DNA from: an uncultured Clostridia bacterium
Lineage (GTDB): Bacteria; Bacillota; Clostridia; Christensenellales; CAG-917
NCBI GenBank assembly: GCA_947625225.1
Contig: CANQNQ010000001.1
Coordinates: forward strand, 225,900 to 289,899
Length of the DNA: 64,000 nt
Direction: 5' to 3'
The notes under the pieces are model-generated. The model was not told where the DNA came from and ran no database searches. It saw nothing but the letters and a program-made list of their open reading frames with translations. Each line of letters begins with the position of its first letter. Within the stretch, counting starts at the first letter, position 1. The translations under genes and the position numbers were made by a program. This document shows, piece after piece, positions 54,346 through 64,000 of this stretch.

Positions 54346-54939
54346 ATGAAGCGAAACGAGGTAGACAAACGAATTGTCCGCACCAAAGCCGCCATTCGCA
54401 GTGCGTTTTTGGAGCTGGTCCAGCAACAGGATATGTCGCTTATCTCCATCAGCAGCCTTGTCGACAGGGCGGGGATCACGCGCAGCACGTTTTACATGTA
54501 TTATGATTCCGTCGCCGCAGTGCGCGACGACATCGAGGACGAGATAATCCGCCATATTGAAAAGATAATGGACGAGAGCGATTGGCTCAACTGCATGGTC
54601 AATCCCTACGTCATGCTTGACGCCATCGCCAAGGAGATCGCCCGTTATGACGAGTACAACCGCTATCTGCTGTCGGGCACGCAATCGGGCAGGTTGCTGG
54701 ACAAGCTCAACCAGAGGGTGGTGGAGGCGTTCGTCAGGTTTGTAAAGGACAAACAGCTTGACATCGACGTGGCGCGCGCCAAGTACATCGCGGCGTTTGT
54801 CACGGCGGGCATAGGGGAATGCTTCAAGCTGTGGTACAACCACCGCAGCAGCCTCACCCTCGAGGAGCTGTGCAAGCGCATATCCGAGATGATAACTTGC
54901 GGCCTGAGCGCCGTGGGCAACCTGTACGTGGAAAAATAA
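54346..54939 (+). CDS. TetR/AcrR-family transcriptional regulator
   Basis: N-terminal HTH RIVRTKAAIRSAFLELVQQQDMSLISISSLVDRAGITRSTFYMYY. Confidence 0.85.
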   Translation: MKRNEVDKRIVRTKAAIRSAFLELVQQQDMSLISISSLVDRAGITRSTFYMYYDSVAAVRDDIEDEIIRHIEKIMDESDWLNCMVNPYVMLDAIAKEIARYDEYNRYLLSGTQSGRLLDKLNQRVVEAFVRFVKDKQLDIDVARAKYIAAFVTAGIGECFKLWYNHRSSLTLEELCKRISEMITCGLSAVGNLYVEK

Positions 54940-55002
54940 TGACTTTGGCAAAATATCTGCCGCTATGCTGAAATAAAAACAAACTTTTTATAAGGTGGGA
55001 AT

Positions 55003-58000
55003 ATGCTTCAACTTAAAAACATCGTCAAAAATTATCCGACCGCAACGACGACCGTGCACGCTTTGCGCGGCGTTTCCCTTGACTTCAGGGAGAACGAGTT
55101 TGTAGCCATCCTCGGCCCCAGCGGCTGCGGCAAGACCACGATGCTCAACATCATCGGCGGCCTTGACCGTTACACCAGCGGCGACCTTGTCATAGGGGGC
55201 ATATCCACCGCCACCTTTGACGACTTGCATTGGGACGCCTACCGCAACGCGACTATAGGCTTTGTGTTTCAAAGCTACAACCTCATCCCGCACCTCACCG
55301 TCATCGAAAACGTTGAGCTTGCGCTGAGCCTCATCGGTCAAAAGAAGAAGGAGCGCAGGGCAAAGGCTATCGCGGCTTTGCAGCGCGTGGGCATGGGCGA
55401 CGAGATCAACAAGCGCCCCAACCAGCTCAGCGGCGGACAGATGCAGCGCGTCGCCATTGCGCGCGCCATCGTCAACGACCCCAAGATCATCCTTGCGGAC
55501 GAACCCACCGGCGCGCTTGACAGCGAGCTGTCCGTGCAGGTCATGGATATCCTTGCCGAGCTTTCAAAGACAAGGCTGGTCATCATGGTCACGCACAATG
55601 CGGAGCTTGCCTACGAGTACTGCACGCGTATCTGCCGCTTTAAGGACGGTCAGCTTATATCGGACTCCGACCCATTCAATTCGGAGTTTACCCCCTACAA
55701 AGTGCCCGATCCCGACGAGTCAAGCCCCGACGATGTTTACTCCGCCATAGGGAAGAGTGAAGTCACAACGGACACTTTATCTCTTCAAAATCACGACTTA
55801 ACCGACGATTTGGCAACAAATCACATCGCCGGCGAGGACGTCGCGACCCCTCATCCCGAGGAGACATCCGCTGCGGAAGCGTCTCAGCCCGGCGTAGATC
55901 TGGACGAGCTTTACGCCGAACCCGAAAAGGAAAAACACGTCAAAAGGGTGTCCAACCGCAAGCGCAAAAAGGTGATGAAAAACATCGGCGCCAACACCAA
56001 CGAGGCGTTCAACCGTCTGGGACTCAACAGCGGCATAAAGAAGAAAAAGACTCCCGAAAACAAAAAGAACAAGGCGTTCAAGCCCACCTCTATGAGTGCG
56101 GGTCTCGCGTTTGGCCTCAGCCTTCGCAACCTCATCTCCAAAAAAGGCAGGACGGCGTTCACCGCGTTTGCGGGCAGCATCGGCATCATAGGCCTCGGCC
56201 TTGTGCTGTCCATCTCCAACGGCTTTGATTTGTATGTCGACCGCATGCAGACAGAGATGATGGCTGGCATGCCAATGGGTATGTACGAGTACAACGTGGA
56301 CGTCTCCATGATGGACAAGATGATGGGTATGTTGACGCAGCTTAGCGCTTCCGAGGACGATTTCCCGGAGGGCAACGGCATTGTGATAACGGATTCCTCT
56401 GACGCCGGCCCCATGCAAGCCTTCAACAAATTGCTCGACTCTTTCTTGGGCGAATGCTATGAAAACCATTTTTCACAAGAATTTGTGGAATATATGCAGG
56501 ACGAGAAAGCGCATGAGAAAATAGATTACAACGCTATGAGCGTATACTACGGCTTGCGTTACAACCTTATAGGCACCAAGATCAACAAAGATACCGGCAC
56601 GGCGGAATATGTTGACGTGTCAACGCAGCAATCCGAGACCAATCTCATAAACATATTGATGGGCATTATGGGGCAGTCGGGCGTGCAGGATTCAAACTGG
56701 CAGGTGCTGGTCGGCGATGAGACTCATATGAAGTCGGGCTTCGACGTGCTGGCAGGTCACTATCCTCAAAACAAAAACGAAATTGTACTCAGTATCGGCA
56801 AAAACAACTCTGTCAGCAAGGATCTGTTGGAAGCGTTCGATATAGACATGTACAAGATAGACAGCGACGGCAATTATATCATGCAAGACGGGCAGCCCGT
56901 CCCCATCCCCGATGGCGAACTCACTTTTGACGATTTCATCGGCAGAAAATTCAAATGGGTGCCCAACGACCTGTATTATGCGCCCGAATATCTGACTGAA
57001 GAACCCGTCGGATATGATGGTTGCGTAACATATGACAAGAATTCAGACATATTCAAAAACGACAAGATAGTCAACGCGGACGAGCTTGCAAAACTGTACA
57101 ACAGCGATCAGAGTTTGGAGCTGAAGATAGTGGGTATCATCCGTCCCGCAAAGGATTCCTCCGCAGATTTTGTCACGCCCGGCATATGCTACACTCCGGA
57201 GTTGCAGGACTATGTCCTGGAGAACTCTTATAACAGCGCCGTTGCAAAAATGCAGCGCAAGTTGGATGAAAACATTCAGGCGCAGACAACGGACACAACA
57301 ATCAAAAGGATGACGGTGTTTGACGGCGAAAAAACGGATTACATCTTGCAGAGCATGAACGGCATTGAGTTGCTCAACTTAAGAAAGGATTACAGCGACG
57401 CCGTCCGCGGCATAGGCGCATACAAAAAGCCTGCCTACATCAAGATATATCCCAATGATTATAATCAAAAAGTAGCTATACAAAAAGCGATTAACAACTG
57501 GAACAAAGATAAAGATGAGGATAACTACGTCGGCTTCCTCGACATCTCCGCGATGATCACCAAGACCTTGCATGAGATCATAGACCTTGTGTCCTATCTG
57601 CTGATAGCGGTGGCGGCGATATCCTTGGTGGTATCCACGGCGATGATAGGCGTCATCACCTCCAACTCGGTCGTCGAGCGCACGCGTGAAATAGGTATCC
57701 TGCGAAGCCTCGGCGCGCGCAAACGCGACATAAGAAGCATATTCATCACCGAGACTACGCTGATAGGTCTGGCGAGCGGTATCGCCGGCATTGTGGTGAC
57801 GTATATATTCTGTCCTCTCATCAGTCTTATCATAGAGGCGGTGACGGGAGGCATCGGGGTAGGCATCGCCAACCTGTTGCAATTCAACCCGCTGCACGCG
57901 TTGGTGTTGGTGGTGTTGTCCACGGCCCTTACGATAATCAGCGGCGTCATCCCCGCGATAATGGCGTCCAGAAAGAACGTCGTCGACGCCTTGCGAGTGG

Positions 58001-58005
58001 AGTGA
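55003..58005 (+). CDS. MacB-type fused ABC transporter (N-terminal ATPase + FtsX-family permease with a large extracytoplasmic domain)
   Basis: GPSGCGKTT, LSGGQMQRVAIARA and ILADEPTGALD at the N-terminus. TM1 near residue 380, an extracytoplasmic region of about 450 aa, and a C-terminal FtsX-like three-TM bundle (EIGILRSLGARKRDI). Confidence 0.85.
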   Translation: MLQLKNIVKNYPTATTTVHALRGVSLDFRENEFVAILGPSGCGKTTMLNIIGGLDRYTSGDLVIGGISTATFDDLHWDAYRNATIGFVFQSYNLIPHLTVIENVELALSLIGQKKKERRAKAIAALQRVGMGDEINKRPNQLSGGQMQRVAIARAIVNDPKIILADEPTGALDSELSVQVMDILAELSKTRLVIMVTHNAELAYEYCTRICRFKDGQLISDSDPFNSEFTPYKVPDPDESSPDDVYSAIGKSEVTTDTLSLQNHDLTDDLATNHIAGEDVATPHPEETSAAEASQPGVDLDELYAEPEKEKHVKRVSNRKRKKVMKNIGANTNEAFNRLGLNSGIKKKKTPENKKNKAFKPTSMSAGLAFGLSLRNLISKKGRTAFTAFAGSIGIIGLGLVLSISNGFDLYVDRMQTEMMAGMPMGMYEYNVDVSMMDKMMGMLTQLSASEDDFPEGNGIVITDSSDAGPMQAFNKLLDSFLGECYENHFSQEFVEYMQDEKAHEKIDYNAMSVYYGLRYNLIGTKINKDTGTAEYVDVSTQQSETNLINILMGIMGQSGVQDSNWQVLVGDETHMKSGFDVLAGHYPQNKNEIVLSIGKNNSVSKDLLEAFDIDMYKIDSDGNYIMQDGQPVPIPDGELTFDDFIGRKFKWVPNDLYYAPEYLTEEPVGYDGCVTYDKNSDIFKNDKIVNADELAKLYNSDQSLELKIVGIIRPAKDSSADFVTPGICYTPELQDYVLENSYNSAVAKMQRKLDENIQAQTTDTTIKRMTVFDGEKTDYILQSMNGIELLNLRKDYSDAVRGIGAYKKPAYIKIYPNDYNQKVAIQKAINNWNKDKDEDNYVGFLDISAMITKTLHEIIDLVSYLLIAVAAISLVVSTAMIGVITSNSVVERTREIGILRSLGARKRDIRSIFITETTLIGLASGIAGIVVTYIFCPLISLIIEAVTGGIGVGIANLLQFNPLHALVLVVLSTALTIISGVIPAIMASRKNVVDALRVE

Positions 58006-58025
58006 TCAACAAAAAATTTGTCAAA

Positions 58026-58052
58026 AGAGCAGCCCGCGCGGCTGCTCTTTTG
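58026..58052 (+). terminator. Rho-independent terminator
   Basis: AGAGCAGCC-CGCGC-GGCTGCTCT followed by TTT. Confidence 0.65.
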
Positions 58053-58084
58053 AGGTTTATAGTTATAAAAGGCGGAGCAAATAC

Positions 58085-58113
58085 TTGACAGTTACGTTTG
58101 TTTTCTTTATAAT
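58085..58113 (+). promoter_or_regulatory. Consensus sigma-A promoter of the rpmH operon
   Basis: TTGACA (58085-58090), a 17-nt spacer, then TATAAT (58108-58113). Confidence 0.7.
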
Positions 58114-58197
58114 AATCAAGCGTATTTATAAATAAAAAGAATTTTTATAAAAAATACGATATAGAAAGTAAAGTCTATATGACGGAGGAATAGCAAC

Positions 58198-58332
58198 ATG
58201 AAACAGACTTATCAACCCAAAAAGAGACAGAGAAGCAAGGTCCACGGCTTTCGCAAGAGAATGAGCTCCAAGTCCGGCAGGAACGTGCTCAAGCGTCGTC
58301 GCAACAGAGGCAGAAAGCAGCTGACCGCCTGA
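58198..58332 (+). CDS. rpmH: 50S ribosomal protein L34 (44 aa; too short for the ORF track)
   Basis: Translates to [52 protein letters not shown] at 58184-58188. Confidence 0.95.
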   Translation: MKQTYQPKKRQRSKVHGFRKRMSSKSGRNVLKRRRNRGRKQLTA

Positions 58333-58336
58333 CGAT

Positions 58337-58669
58337 ATGCAAAGACAGTACAGGCTTAAGCGCAGGGCGGCGTTTCAATATGTCTATCGCAAGGGCGACA
58401 GCGCCTCGGCGGGGGACGTCATTCTGCTTTGCGCAAGGTCCCGCGAGGGGCTTAAGATAGGCCTGTCCGTGTCAAAAAAGGTGGGCGGGGCGGTCGTGCG
58501 CAATCGCGTGAAGCGCTTGTTGCGCGCGGCGATAGACCCCATAATTGACAGCGTCGATACAAAATATATGTACGTGCTGGTCGCGCGCCCATCGCTTGCA
58601 GGCAAAAGCTACGATTCGGTTTGCGCTTCGGTGCGCTCCGCGTTCGAGCGGGCAGGGAGGCTCAAATGA
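58337..58669 (+). CDS. rnpA: Ribonuclease P protein component
   Basis: Positioned after rpmH. The KKVGGAVVRNRVKRLLR motif is typical of RnpA. Confidence 0.9.
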   Translation: MQRQYRLKRRAAFQYVYRKGDSASAGDVILLCARSREGLKIGLSVSKKVGGAVVRNRVKRLLRAAIDPIIDSVDTKYMYVLVARPSLAGKSYDSVCASVRSAFERAGRLK

Positions 58670-58911
58670 TCAAAAAGATCTGCCTGTGGCTGCTGATATG
58701 GTACAAGCGGGTGCTGTCCCCAATCACGGGCAGGCACTGCGCGTACACGCCGACGTGCTCGATGTACTCCTACGACGCCATCAGCAAATACGGCGCCGCG
58801 GTGGGCGTCGTGATGACGGCGCTGAGACTGCTGAGGTGCAACCCCTTCTTCAAGGGCGGCTTTGACCCTGTCAAAGAAAATTATAGAGGAAAGATCAAAT
58901 GGCTGCTTTGA
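58666..58911 (+). CDS. yidD: Membrane protein insertion efficiency factor YidD
   Basis: WYKRVLSPITGRHCAYTPTCSMYSYDAISKYG...LRCNPFFKGGFDPV. ATGA overlap with rnpA. Confidence 0.9.
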   Translation: MIKKICLWLLIWYKRVLSPITGRHCAYTPTCSMYSYDAISKYGAAVGVVMTALRLLRCNPFFKGGFDPVKENYRGKIKWLL

Positions 58912-60134
58912 GCTTTGAAAGAAAGCGCAAACTACAAATATATCTGCTTGTGACGCTGGTGCTGTTGTGCCTTGTCATGCTTACAGCCTGCAACCGGGAC
59001 ACCTCATACAACGTCGAGGGCGACGTGTCCCAGCCTACGCATTTTATGGCAAAGTTTATGCTTACCATCAACAAGAGCATAGGCGGCGGCGCGGAAAGTT
59101 TCGGCTGGACGGTCGTGGTGTTCACCATCATTCTGAGGCTTATACTGTCCCCGCTGGACATATGGCAAAAGGTCATCTCCCGCAGGAACAACAAGGCTAT
59201 GGAGCGTATGAAGCCACAGCTTGAGGCCTTGCAGGAAAAGTACGGCGACGACAAGCAGCGCATGCAACAGGAGCAGATGGCTCTTTACAAAAAAGAGAAG
59301 TATTCCATGATGGGCATGTGCCTGCCGACGATAATTTCGTTTGTCGTGTTCTTCGTCGTGTTTGCGGGATTCAGGCAGATGGTCGGCTATCAGTTCGCGC
59401 AGGACTACAAGGATTGCTACAACACATTCAACTCCTCCTTGTCTCAGCAGATAGAGACGGGTTACGGCGACGTCAACGGCGACGGCGTGTTCAACGTGGA
59501 CGATATTGCCAAGACGGAGCAGGGCGCCAAGGACTACAACGCGTATGTCGAAAAAGCGCAACAGGCAGTTTATGACGCGTATTATGCCAAACAAAACACC
59601 GATGTGCGCAGTTGGCTGTGGATAAAAAACATTTTCGTGGGCGACAATTGGTCGCAGGCGGTGCCCAATTTCACCACCGTTACGGGACAGTCCGGCTTTG
59701 CCACGTCGAGGCTGTCGGGCATCACCGTTGACGAGTACAACCTTGTCATGGGCAAGGTGCTCGGCACAGGCGGCTGGGGCAAGGGTGGCAAGTGGAACGG
59801 CTTGCTTATACTGCCCGTGCTGTCCATCGCGCTCAGCTTCCTGTCCACAAAACTTGTGACGGTCGGACAGGGCGACAAAAAGAAGAAGAGCAAGGAAGAA
59901 AAGAAAAAGGAGAAAGAGGCCGCCGGCGCGCAGCAAAACTCCATGAAAGCAATGCAGTACGTGATGCCCATCATGATGGGTGTGTTCGGACTGCTGTATT
60001 CGGGCGCGTTTGCGCTGTATATGTTTACAAGTTCGCTCACGGCAATAGCGTTCCAGCTGACCTTCAATCTCGTAGGCTGGCTGGTGGACAAGTCGAGAGC
60101 TAAGGGAGTGGATCCCAATATAGCTAAGAGATAG
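58899..60134 (+). CDS. yidC: YidC/Oxa1-family membrane insertase (lipoprotein type, long 411-aa form)
   Basis: Lipobox LTAC. ILRLILSPLDIWQKVISRRNNKAMERMKPQLEALQEKYGDDKQRMQQEQMALYKKEKYS is the conserved YidC core. It has an insertion of about 100 aa before the last TM segments and a K-rich stretch. Confidence 0.88.
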   Translation: MAALSFERKRKLQIYLLVTLVLLCLVMLTACNRDTSYNVEGDVSQPTHFMAKFMLTINKSIGGGAESFGWTVVVFTIILRLILSPLDIWQKVISRRNNKAMERMKPQLEALQEKYGDDKQRMQQEQMALYKKEKYSMMGMCLPTIISFVVFFVVFAGFRQMVGYQFAQDYKDCYNTFNSSLSQQIETGYGDVNGDGVFNVDDIAKTEQGAKDYNAYVEKAQQAVYDAYYAKQNTDVRSWLWIKNIFVGDNWSQAVPNFTTVTGQSGFATSRLSGITVDEYNLVMGKVLGTGGWGKGGKWNGLLILPVLSIALSFLSTKLVTVGQGDKKKKSKEEKKKEKEAAGAQQNSMKAMQYVMPIMMGVFGLLYSGAFALYMFTSSLTAIAFQLTFNLVGWLVDKSRAKGVDPNIAKR

Positions 60135-60142
60135 GAGAAAAA

Positions 60143-61000
60143 ATGGAAAGATCTGTAGAGATGCAGGCCGCAAACGTGGATATCGCCATAGAAAAAGCGC
60201 TTGCGGAGCTTGGCACAACGAGGGACCGCGTGGAGGTCGAGGTGCTCGGCAAGGGCGGTCTGTTTTCAAGGGCTAAGGTCAGGGTGACCATCAAGGATAC
60301 CTTGAAGGACAAACTTCTGGAGTTTTTCAACGGCACGTTGGAGCGCATGGGTCTGGTCTGCCGCGCCACCGCCGAGGAAAAGGACGGCACCATCTATATC
60401 AACATCGAGGGCGAGGACAGCAGCGTCGCGATAGGCCACAGGGGTGAAACGCTGGACGCGTTGCAATATCTTGCGCTGACCTTCCTCAACGAACATAAGG
60501 GCGAGTTCAAAAAGCTGGTCGTGGACGCTGAAAACTACCGCGAAAAGCGCAAGGAGACGCTCACCGCGCTTGCGCAGAGGCTGGCGCAAAAGGCAATAAG
60601 GCTGCGTCGCAAGATAGCGTTGGAGCCCATGAATCCCTTCGAGAGGCGCATAATCCACAGCGCGCTGGCGGACGACCCCAACGTCACCACCGAGAGCGAG
60701 GGCGAGGAGCCTGCGCGCTATATCGTGATAATCCCCGTAGGCGTTGAGCTCAAGAGCGGCAAACCCATCAAAAACGGCGAATCCGACAGATCCGAACACA
60801 GGCGCGACGACAGGCGCGGCCGCGGCAGAAGGGACAATCGCCGTCGCGAGGGCAAGCCCCGCAGAGAGGACAACTACGAGGAGATAGAGGACGGCAATGT
60901 GTATCTGGGTTACTATACACAGCAGGACGACTTCGTAAAGCCCGCACCGCAGGCAGGTCCTCCCAAATACAAGAGCTTCGGAGGCAGAAAGAGGTTCTGA
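60143..61000 (+). CDS. jag: Jag/KhpB RNA-binding protein (Jag_N, KH, R3H) with an Arg-rich C-terminal extension
   Basis: Positioned after yidC. The R3H motif is FERRIIHSALADDPNVTTESEGEEP. The tail reads RSEHRRDDRRGRGRRDNRRREGKPRRED. Confidence 0.85.
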   Translation: MERSVEMQAANVDIAIEKALAELGTTRDRVEVEVLGKGGLFSRAKVRVTIKDTLKDKLLEFFNGTLERMGLVCRATAEEKDGTIYINIEGEDSSVAIGHRGETLDALQYLALTFLNEHKGEFKKLVVDAENYREKRKETLTALAQRLAQKAIRLRRKIALEPMNPFERRIIHSALADDPNVTTESEGEEPARYIVIIPVGVELKSGKPIKNGESDRSEHRRDDRRGRGRRDNRRREGKPRREDNYEEIEDGNVYLGYYTQQDDFVKPAPQAGPPKYKSFGGRKRF

Positions 61001-62319
61001 TGAGCGTTATAGCGGCAATATCATCTCCAATTGGAGCGGGTGGTATCGGCATAGTGCGCATGTCCGGCAACGGGGCGCTTGCAATTGCCGATGCCATTTT
61101 TCTTTTCAACGGCAAAAACAGGGGCGAAAGCGTGTCGTGGGAGCCTCTCAAGCTCAACTTCGGCACCTTTTTTGCGGACGGATTTGAGGACAAGGGCTAC
61201 GCGGTGTTTTTCCCCGCCGCAAAGGCGTATACTGGGGAGGATACGGTGGAGTTTTACCTGCACGGAGGCGTGCGCATCATGCAGGGCGCGCTTGAAACGC
61301 TGCTGTCGCACGGCGCGGTCATGGCGGAAGCGGGCGAGTTCACCAAGCGCGCGTTTTTGTCAGGCAGGCTGTCGCTTGCCGATGCGGAGGGAGTAATGGA
61401 TATGATAGGCGCGCAGAGCGCCGCGGGACTTCGCGCCGCGTACAGGCTGATGCAGGGCGAGGTCTCAATCAAAATAGACGAAATATGCAACAAGCTGGGC
61501 GACCTCATAACGGGCTTGGAAGCCACGCTGGACTATCCCGACGAGATGGAGGACGAGACTTTGCCGCCCCTTGAGGACGGCATACGCGACTGTCTTGCGC
61601 ATATTGGCGCTCTGCTGTCCACCGCGGCGCAGGGCAGGCTTGCGAAGTACGGCGTAACCGCCGTGCTGACGGGGCGCACCAACGCGGGCAAATCCTCGCT
61701 GTTCAACGCAATGCTCGGCGAGCAGCGCGCCATAGTTTCGCCTACGCAGGGCACCACGCGAGACACCATAGAAGCCGCAATAGAGCACAACGGCGTCAGG
61801 ATAAACCTTGTGGACACCGCGGGCATACGCGAGGACGCCGAGGGCGACGTCGAGAGCGAGGGCATACTCAGGGCGCGCCGCGCGGCAAAGGGCGCGGACG
61901 TTATACTGCACGTCATAGACAGATCCGCTCCCGAAGATATGGAGGACTACGGCGACGCGCTTGTGTTTGACGTGTACAGCAAGGCGGACGTAAACGGCTT
62001 TGCCATACCGCGCAAGATGTACACATACGCCGTCAGCGCCGTCACGCGCGAGGGCGTGGATACGTTGCTGGACGCGATCGCTTCGCTGTACAAAAGCGGC
62101 GGACAGGACGGCGGACTTATAACCAACGAACGGCACGTATCGGCACTTTATCGAGCAAAACGCGCGTTAGAAAGCGCGATTTCGTCACTGGACGGCACAA
62201 TAGACCTTACGCTTGTGGACTTGCGAGGCGCATATGACGCGCTTGGCGAGATCACGGGCAAGACCGCAAAGGAGGATGTGGTAAACGCCATATTCGGCAA
62301 ATTCTGCGTGGGCAAATGA
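61000..62319 (+). CDS. mnmE: tRNA modification GTPase MnmE (TrmE)
   Basis: IAAISSPIGAGGIGIVRMSG, the G domain GRTNAGKSSLFNAML...DTAGIRE, and the C-terminal CVGK. Confidence 0.93.
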   Translation: MSVIAAISSPIGAGGIGIVRMSGNGALAIADAIFLFNGKNRGESVSWEPLKLNFGTFFADGFEDKGYAVFFPAAKAYTGEDTVEFYLHGGVRIMQGALETLLSHGAVMAEAGEFTKRAFLSGRLSLADAEGVMDMIGAQSAAGLRAAYRLMQGEVSIKIDEICNKLGDLITGLEATLDYPDEMEDETLPPLEDGIRDCLAHIGALLSTAAQGRLAKYGVTAVLTGRTNAGKSSLFNAMLGEQRAIVSPTQGTTRDTIEAAIEHNGVRINLVDTAGIREDAEGDVESEGILRARRAAKGADVILHVIDRSAPEDMEDYGDALVFDVYSKADVNGFAIPRKMYTYAVSAVTREGVDTLLDAIASLYKSGGQDGGLITNERHVSALYRAKRALESAISSLDGTIDLTLVDLRGAYDALGEITGKTAKEDVVNAIFGKFCVGK

Positions 62320-64000
62320 CAGACTCTTTCGATATTATCGTTATAGGCGCCGGGCATGCCGGGGTCGAGGCGGCGCTTGCCGCGGCAAGGCTCAATAAAC
62401 GCACGCTGTTGGTGTGCGGCGATCTTGGCACCGTTGCAAACATGCCTTGCAATCCTTCCATAGGTGGCACCGCAAAGGGCCATCTTGTGCGCGAAGTGGA
62501 CGCGCTGGGCGGGCAGATGGGCATATGCGCGGACGGCGCGCTGTTGCAGATAAAGATGCTCAACTCTGCCAAGGGCCCCGCTGTCTATTCGTTGAGAGGA
62601 CAGGAGGACAAGGCGCTGTACCACAAACTTATGCTCGACGTGTTGCGCGGGCAGGAGAACCTTGTTCTCAGCGACGCGGAGGCGGTGGAAGTAGTTGCAA
62701 AGGGCGGCAAAATAGACTCAGTCCGCATGAAGGACGGCAATATATACGGCTGCAGGGCGGCGGTATTGGCTACGGGAGTGTACCTCAACAGCACCATAAT
62801 CACCGGCGACGAGTGCGTGCAGAGCGGACCGAGCGGGTTTTACAGCGCAAGGGAACTTACGGACAGCCTTCGCGCGTTGGGATTGCCGCTACGCCGCTTC
62901 AAGACGGGCACGCCGGCGCGCATTTACCGCGACAGCATAGACTACGACAAGATGCAGATACAGCGCGGCGAAAATTGCGACAGATTCTCGTTTTTGTCCC
63001 CCAAACGCGTGTTCGAGGAGGAGCCTTGCTGGCTCACCTACACCAACGAACGCACGCACGACATCATCCGTCGCAACATCTCTTTAAGCCCCCTTTACAA
63101 CGGCACTATCGTGGGCGTGGGACCACGCTATTGTCCATCTATAGAAACCAAAGTGATGCTTTTTGCGGACAAAACGCGCCATCAAGTGTTTGTTGAGCCG
63201 GAAGGCGCGGGTAGCGAATGGATGTACATACAGGGCATGTCCACCTCAATGCCCAAGCGCGTGCAGGAGGAAATGTACCGCTCCGTCGCGGGGTTGGAGC
63301 ATTGTCGCTTTGCACGCTACGGCTACGCGATAGAGTATGATTGCCTGGATCCGCTCAGCCTCTACCCATCGCTTATGAGCAAGCGCGTGCAAGGCCTGTT
63401 TTCCGCAGGGCAGTTCAACGGCAGCAGCGGCTATGAGGAAGCGGCGGCGCAGGGCGTCATGGCGGGCATCAACGCCTCGCGCTATATTGACGGCGCGTCG
63501 CCCGTCGTGCTGGGCAGGGACAAGGCGTATATCGGCGTGCTCATTGACGACCTCGTCACCAAGGGCACGTCGGAACCGTACAGAATGATGACCTCGCGCG
63601 CGGAGCACCGCATTATGCTGAGGCAGGACAACGCGGACATGAGGCTTACTCCCATCGGCTACGAGATAGGGCTGGCGGGGGAGCGCAGATACGCCAGACT
63701 TGTTGAAAAGAGGCGCATGATCGACAGCGTGCTCGCCGTCAAAGACGCGCTCGTGGACAGGGCGACAGCGGAGGAATTGCTTGCCTCGCTTGGACAGGAT
63801 ATCCCGTCGAAAGCGCCCACCTTTGGCGAACTTTGCCGCAGACCCGGCGTGGAAGCGGAACATATGCGGCGTTTTGCGCCCGCGGATGTCGACGACGAAG
63901 CGCTTGCCGCGGCGGTCGTGGAGCTTAAGTACGAGGGGTATCTGAAGAAGGAACTTGCCGCCGTCAACGAGCAAAAACGGCTGGACGGCAGGCTTATCCC
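62316..64000 (+). CDS. mnmG: tRNA uridine 5-carboxymethylaminomethyl modification enzyme MnmG (GidA); 3' end outside the window
   Basis: ATGA overlap with mnmE. MTDSFDIIVIGAGHAGVEAALAAARL (FAD motif), NMPCNPSIGGTAKGHLVREVDALGG. The frame stays open to base 64000, so it is absent from the ORF track for lack of a stop. Confidence 0.92.
   Translation, partial: MTDSFDIIVIGAGHAGVEAALAAARLNKRTLLVCGDLGTVANMPCNPSIGGTAKGHLVREVDALGGQMGICADGALLQIKMLNSAKGPAVYSLRGQEDKALYHKLMLDVLRGQENLVLSDAEAVEVVAKGGKIDSVRMKDGNIYGCRAAVLATGVYLNSTIITGDECVQSGPSGFYSARELTDSLRALGLPLRRFKTGTPARIYRDSIDYDKMQIQRGENCDRFSFLSPKRVFEEEPCWLTYTNERTHDIIRRNISLSPLYNGTIVGVGPRYCPSIETKVMLFADKTRHQVFVEPEGAGSEWMYIQGMSTSMPKRVQEEMYRSVAGLEHCRFARYGYAIEYDCLDPLSLYPSLMSKRVQGLFSAGQFNGSSGYEEAAAQGVMAGINASRYIDGASPVVLGRDKAYIGVLIDDLVTKGTSEPYRMMTSRAEHRIMLRQDNADMRLTPIGYEIGLAGERRYARLVEKRRMIDSVLAVKDALVDRATAEELLASLGQDIPSKAPTFGELCRRPGVEAEHMRRFAPADVDDEALAAAVVELKYEGYLKKELAAVNEQKRLDGRLI

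Noticed and set aside
62414-63196. 260-aa plus-strand ORF inside the mnmG region
   Set aside because: It is out of frame with the obvious MnmG reading frame (MTDSFDIIVIGAGHAGVEAA... from 62316, open to the window end). Its translation is R/G/H-rich nonsense.

Overview
Origin-proximal chromosomal segment of a moderately high-GC, Spo0A-encoding Firmicute (Clostridia-like). All calls come from reading the sequence and ORF track; no database search was run. It carries the classic origin-region genes (dnaA, dnaN, recF, gyrB, gyrA, parA, parB, rsmG, rpmH, rnpA, yidD, yidC, jag, mnmE, mnmG) in a scrambled order and orientation. Other content: a short UvrA paralogue, tRNA-Asn, an ArsP_2-type metal exporter, a PI-PLC-like membrane protein, an MTA/SAH-nucleosidase-like gene, an AbrB-like regulator with an ABC-2 transporter, a multi-PepSY lipoprotein, a GH13 alpha-glucosidase, spo0A, proS, and a TetR plus MacB-type ABC pair. 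There is also a 15.3 kb gene for a roughly 5085-aa surface protein (beta-helix region plus more than twenty YG-type repeat modules). The most unusual part is a 4.6 kb ORF-free block (19160-23797) just upstream of gyrB. It contains four near-consensus parS sites, degenerate purine-rich repeats with an inverted partner, helically phased A/T-tract arrays, a tandem repeat and a C10 tract. A family of small CCCC...GGGG hairpin (REP/MITE-like) modules occurs at two loci (6.3-6.9 kb and 32.3-32.9 kb), the first next to tRNA-Asn and a duplicated tRNA 3' end. No CRISPR array, transposase, integrase or rRNA was seen.
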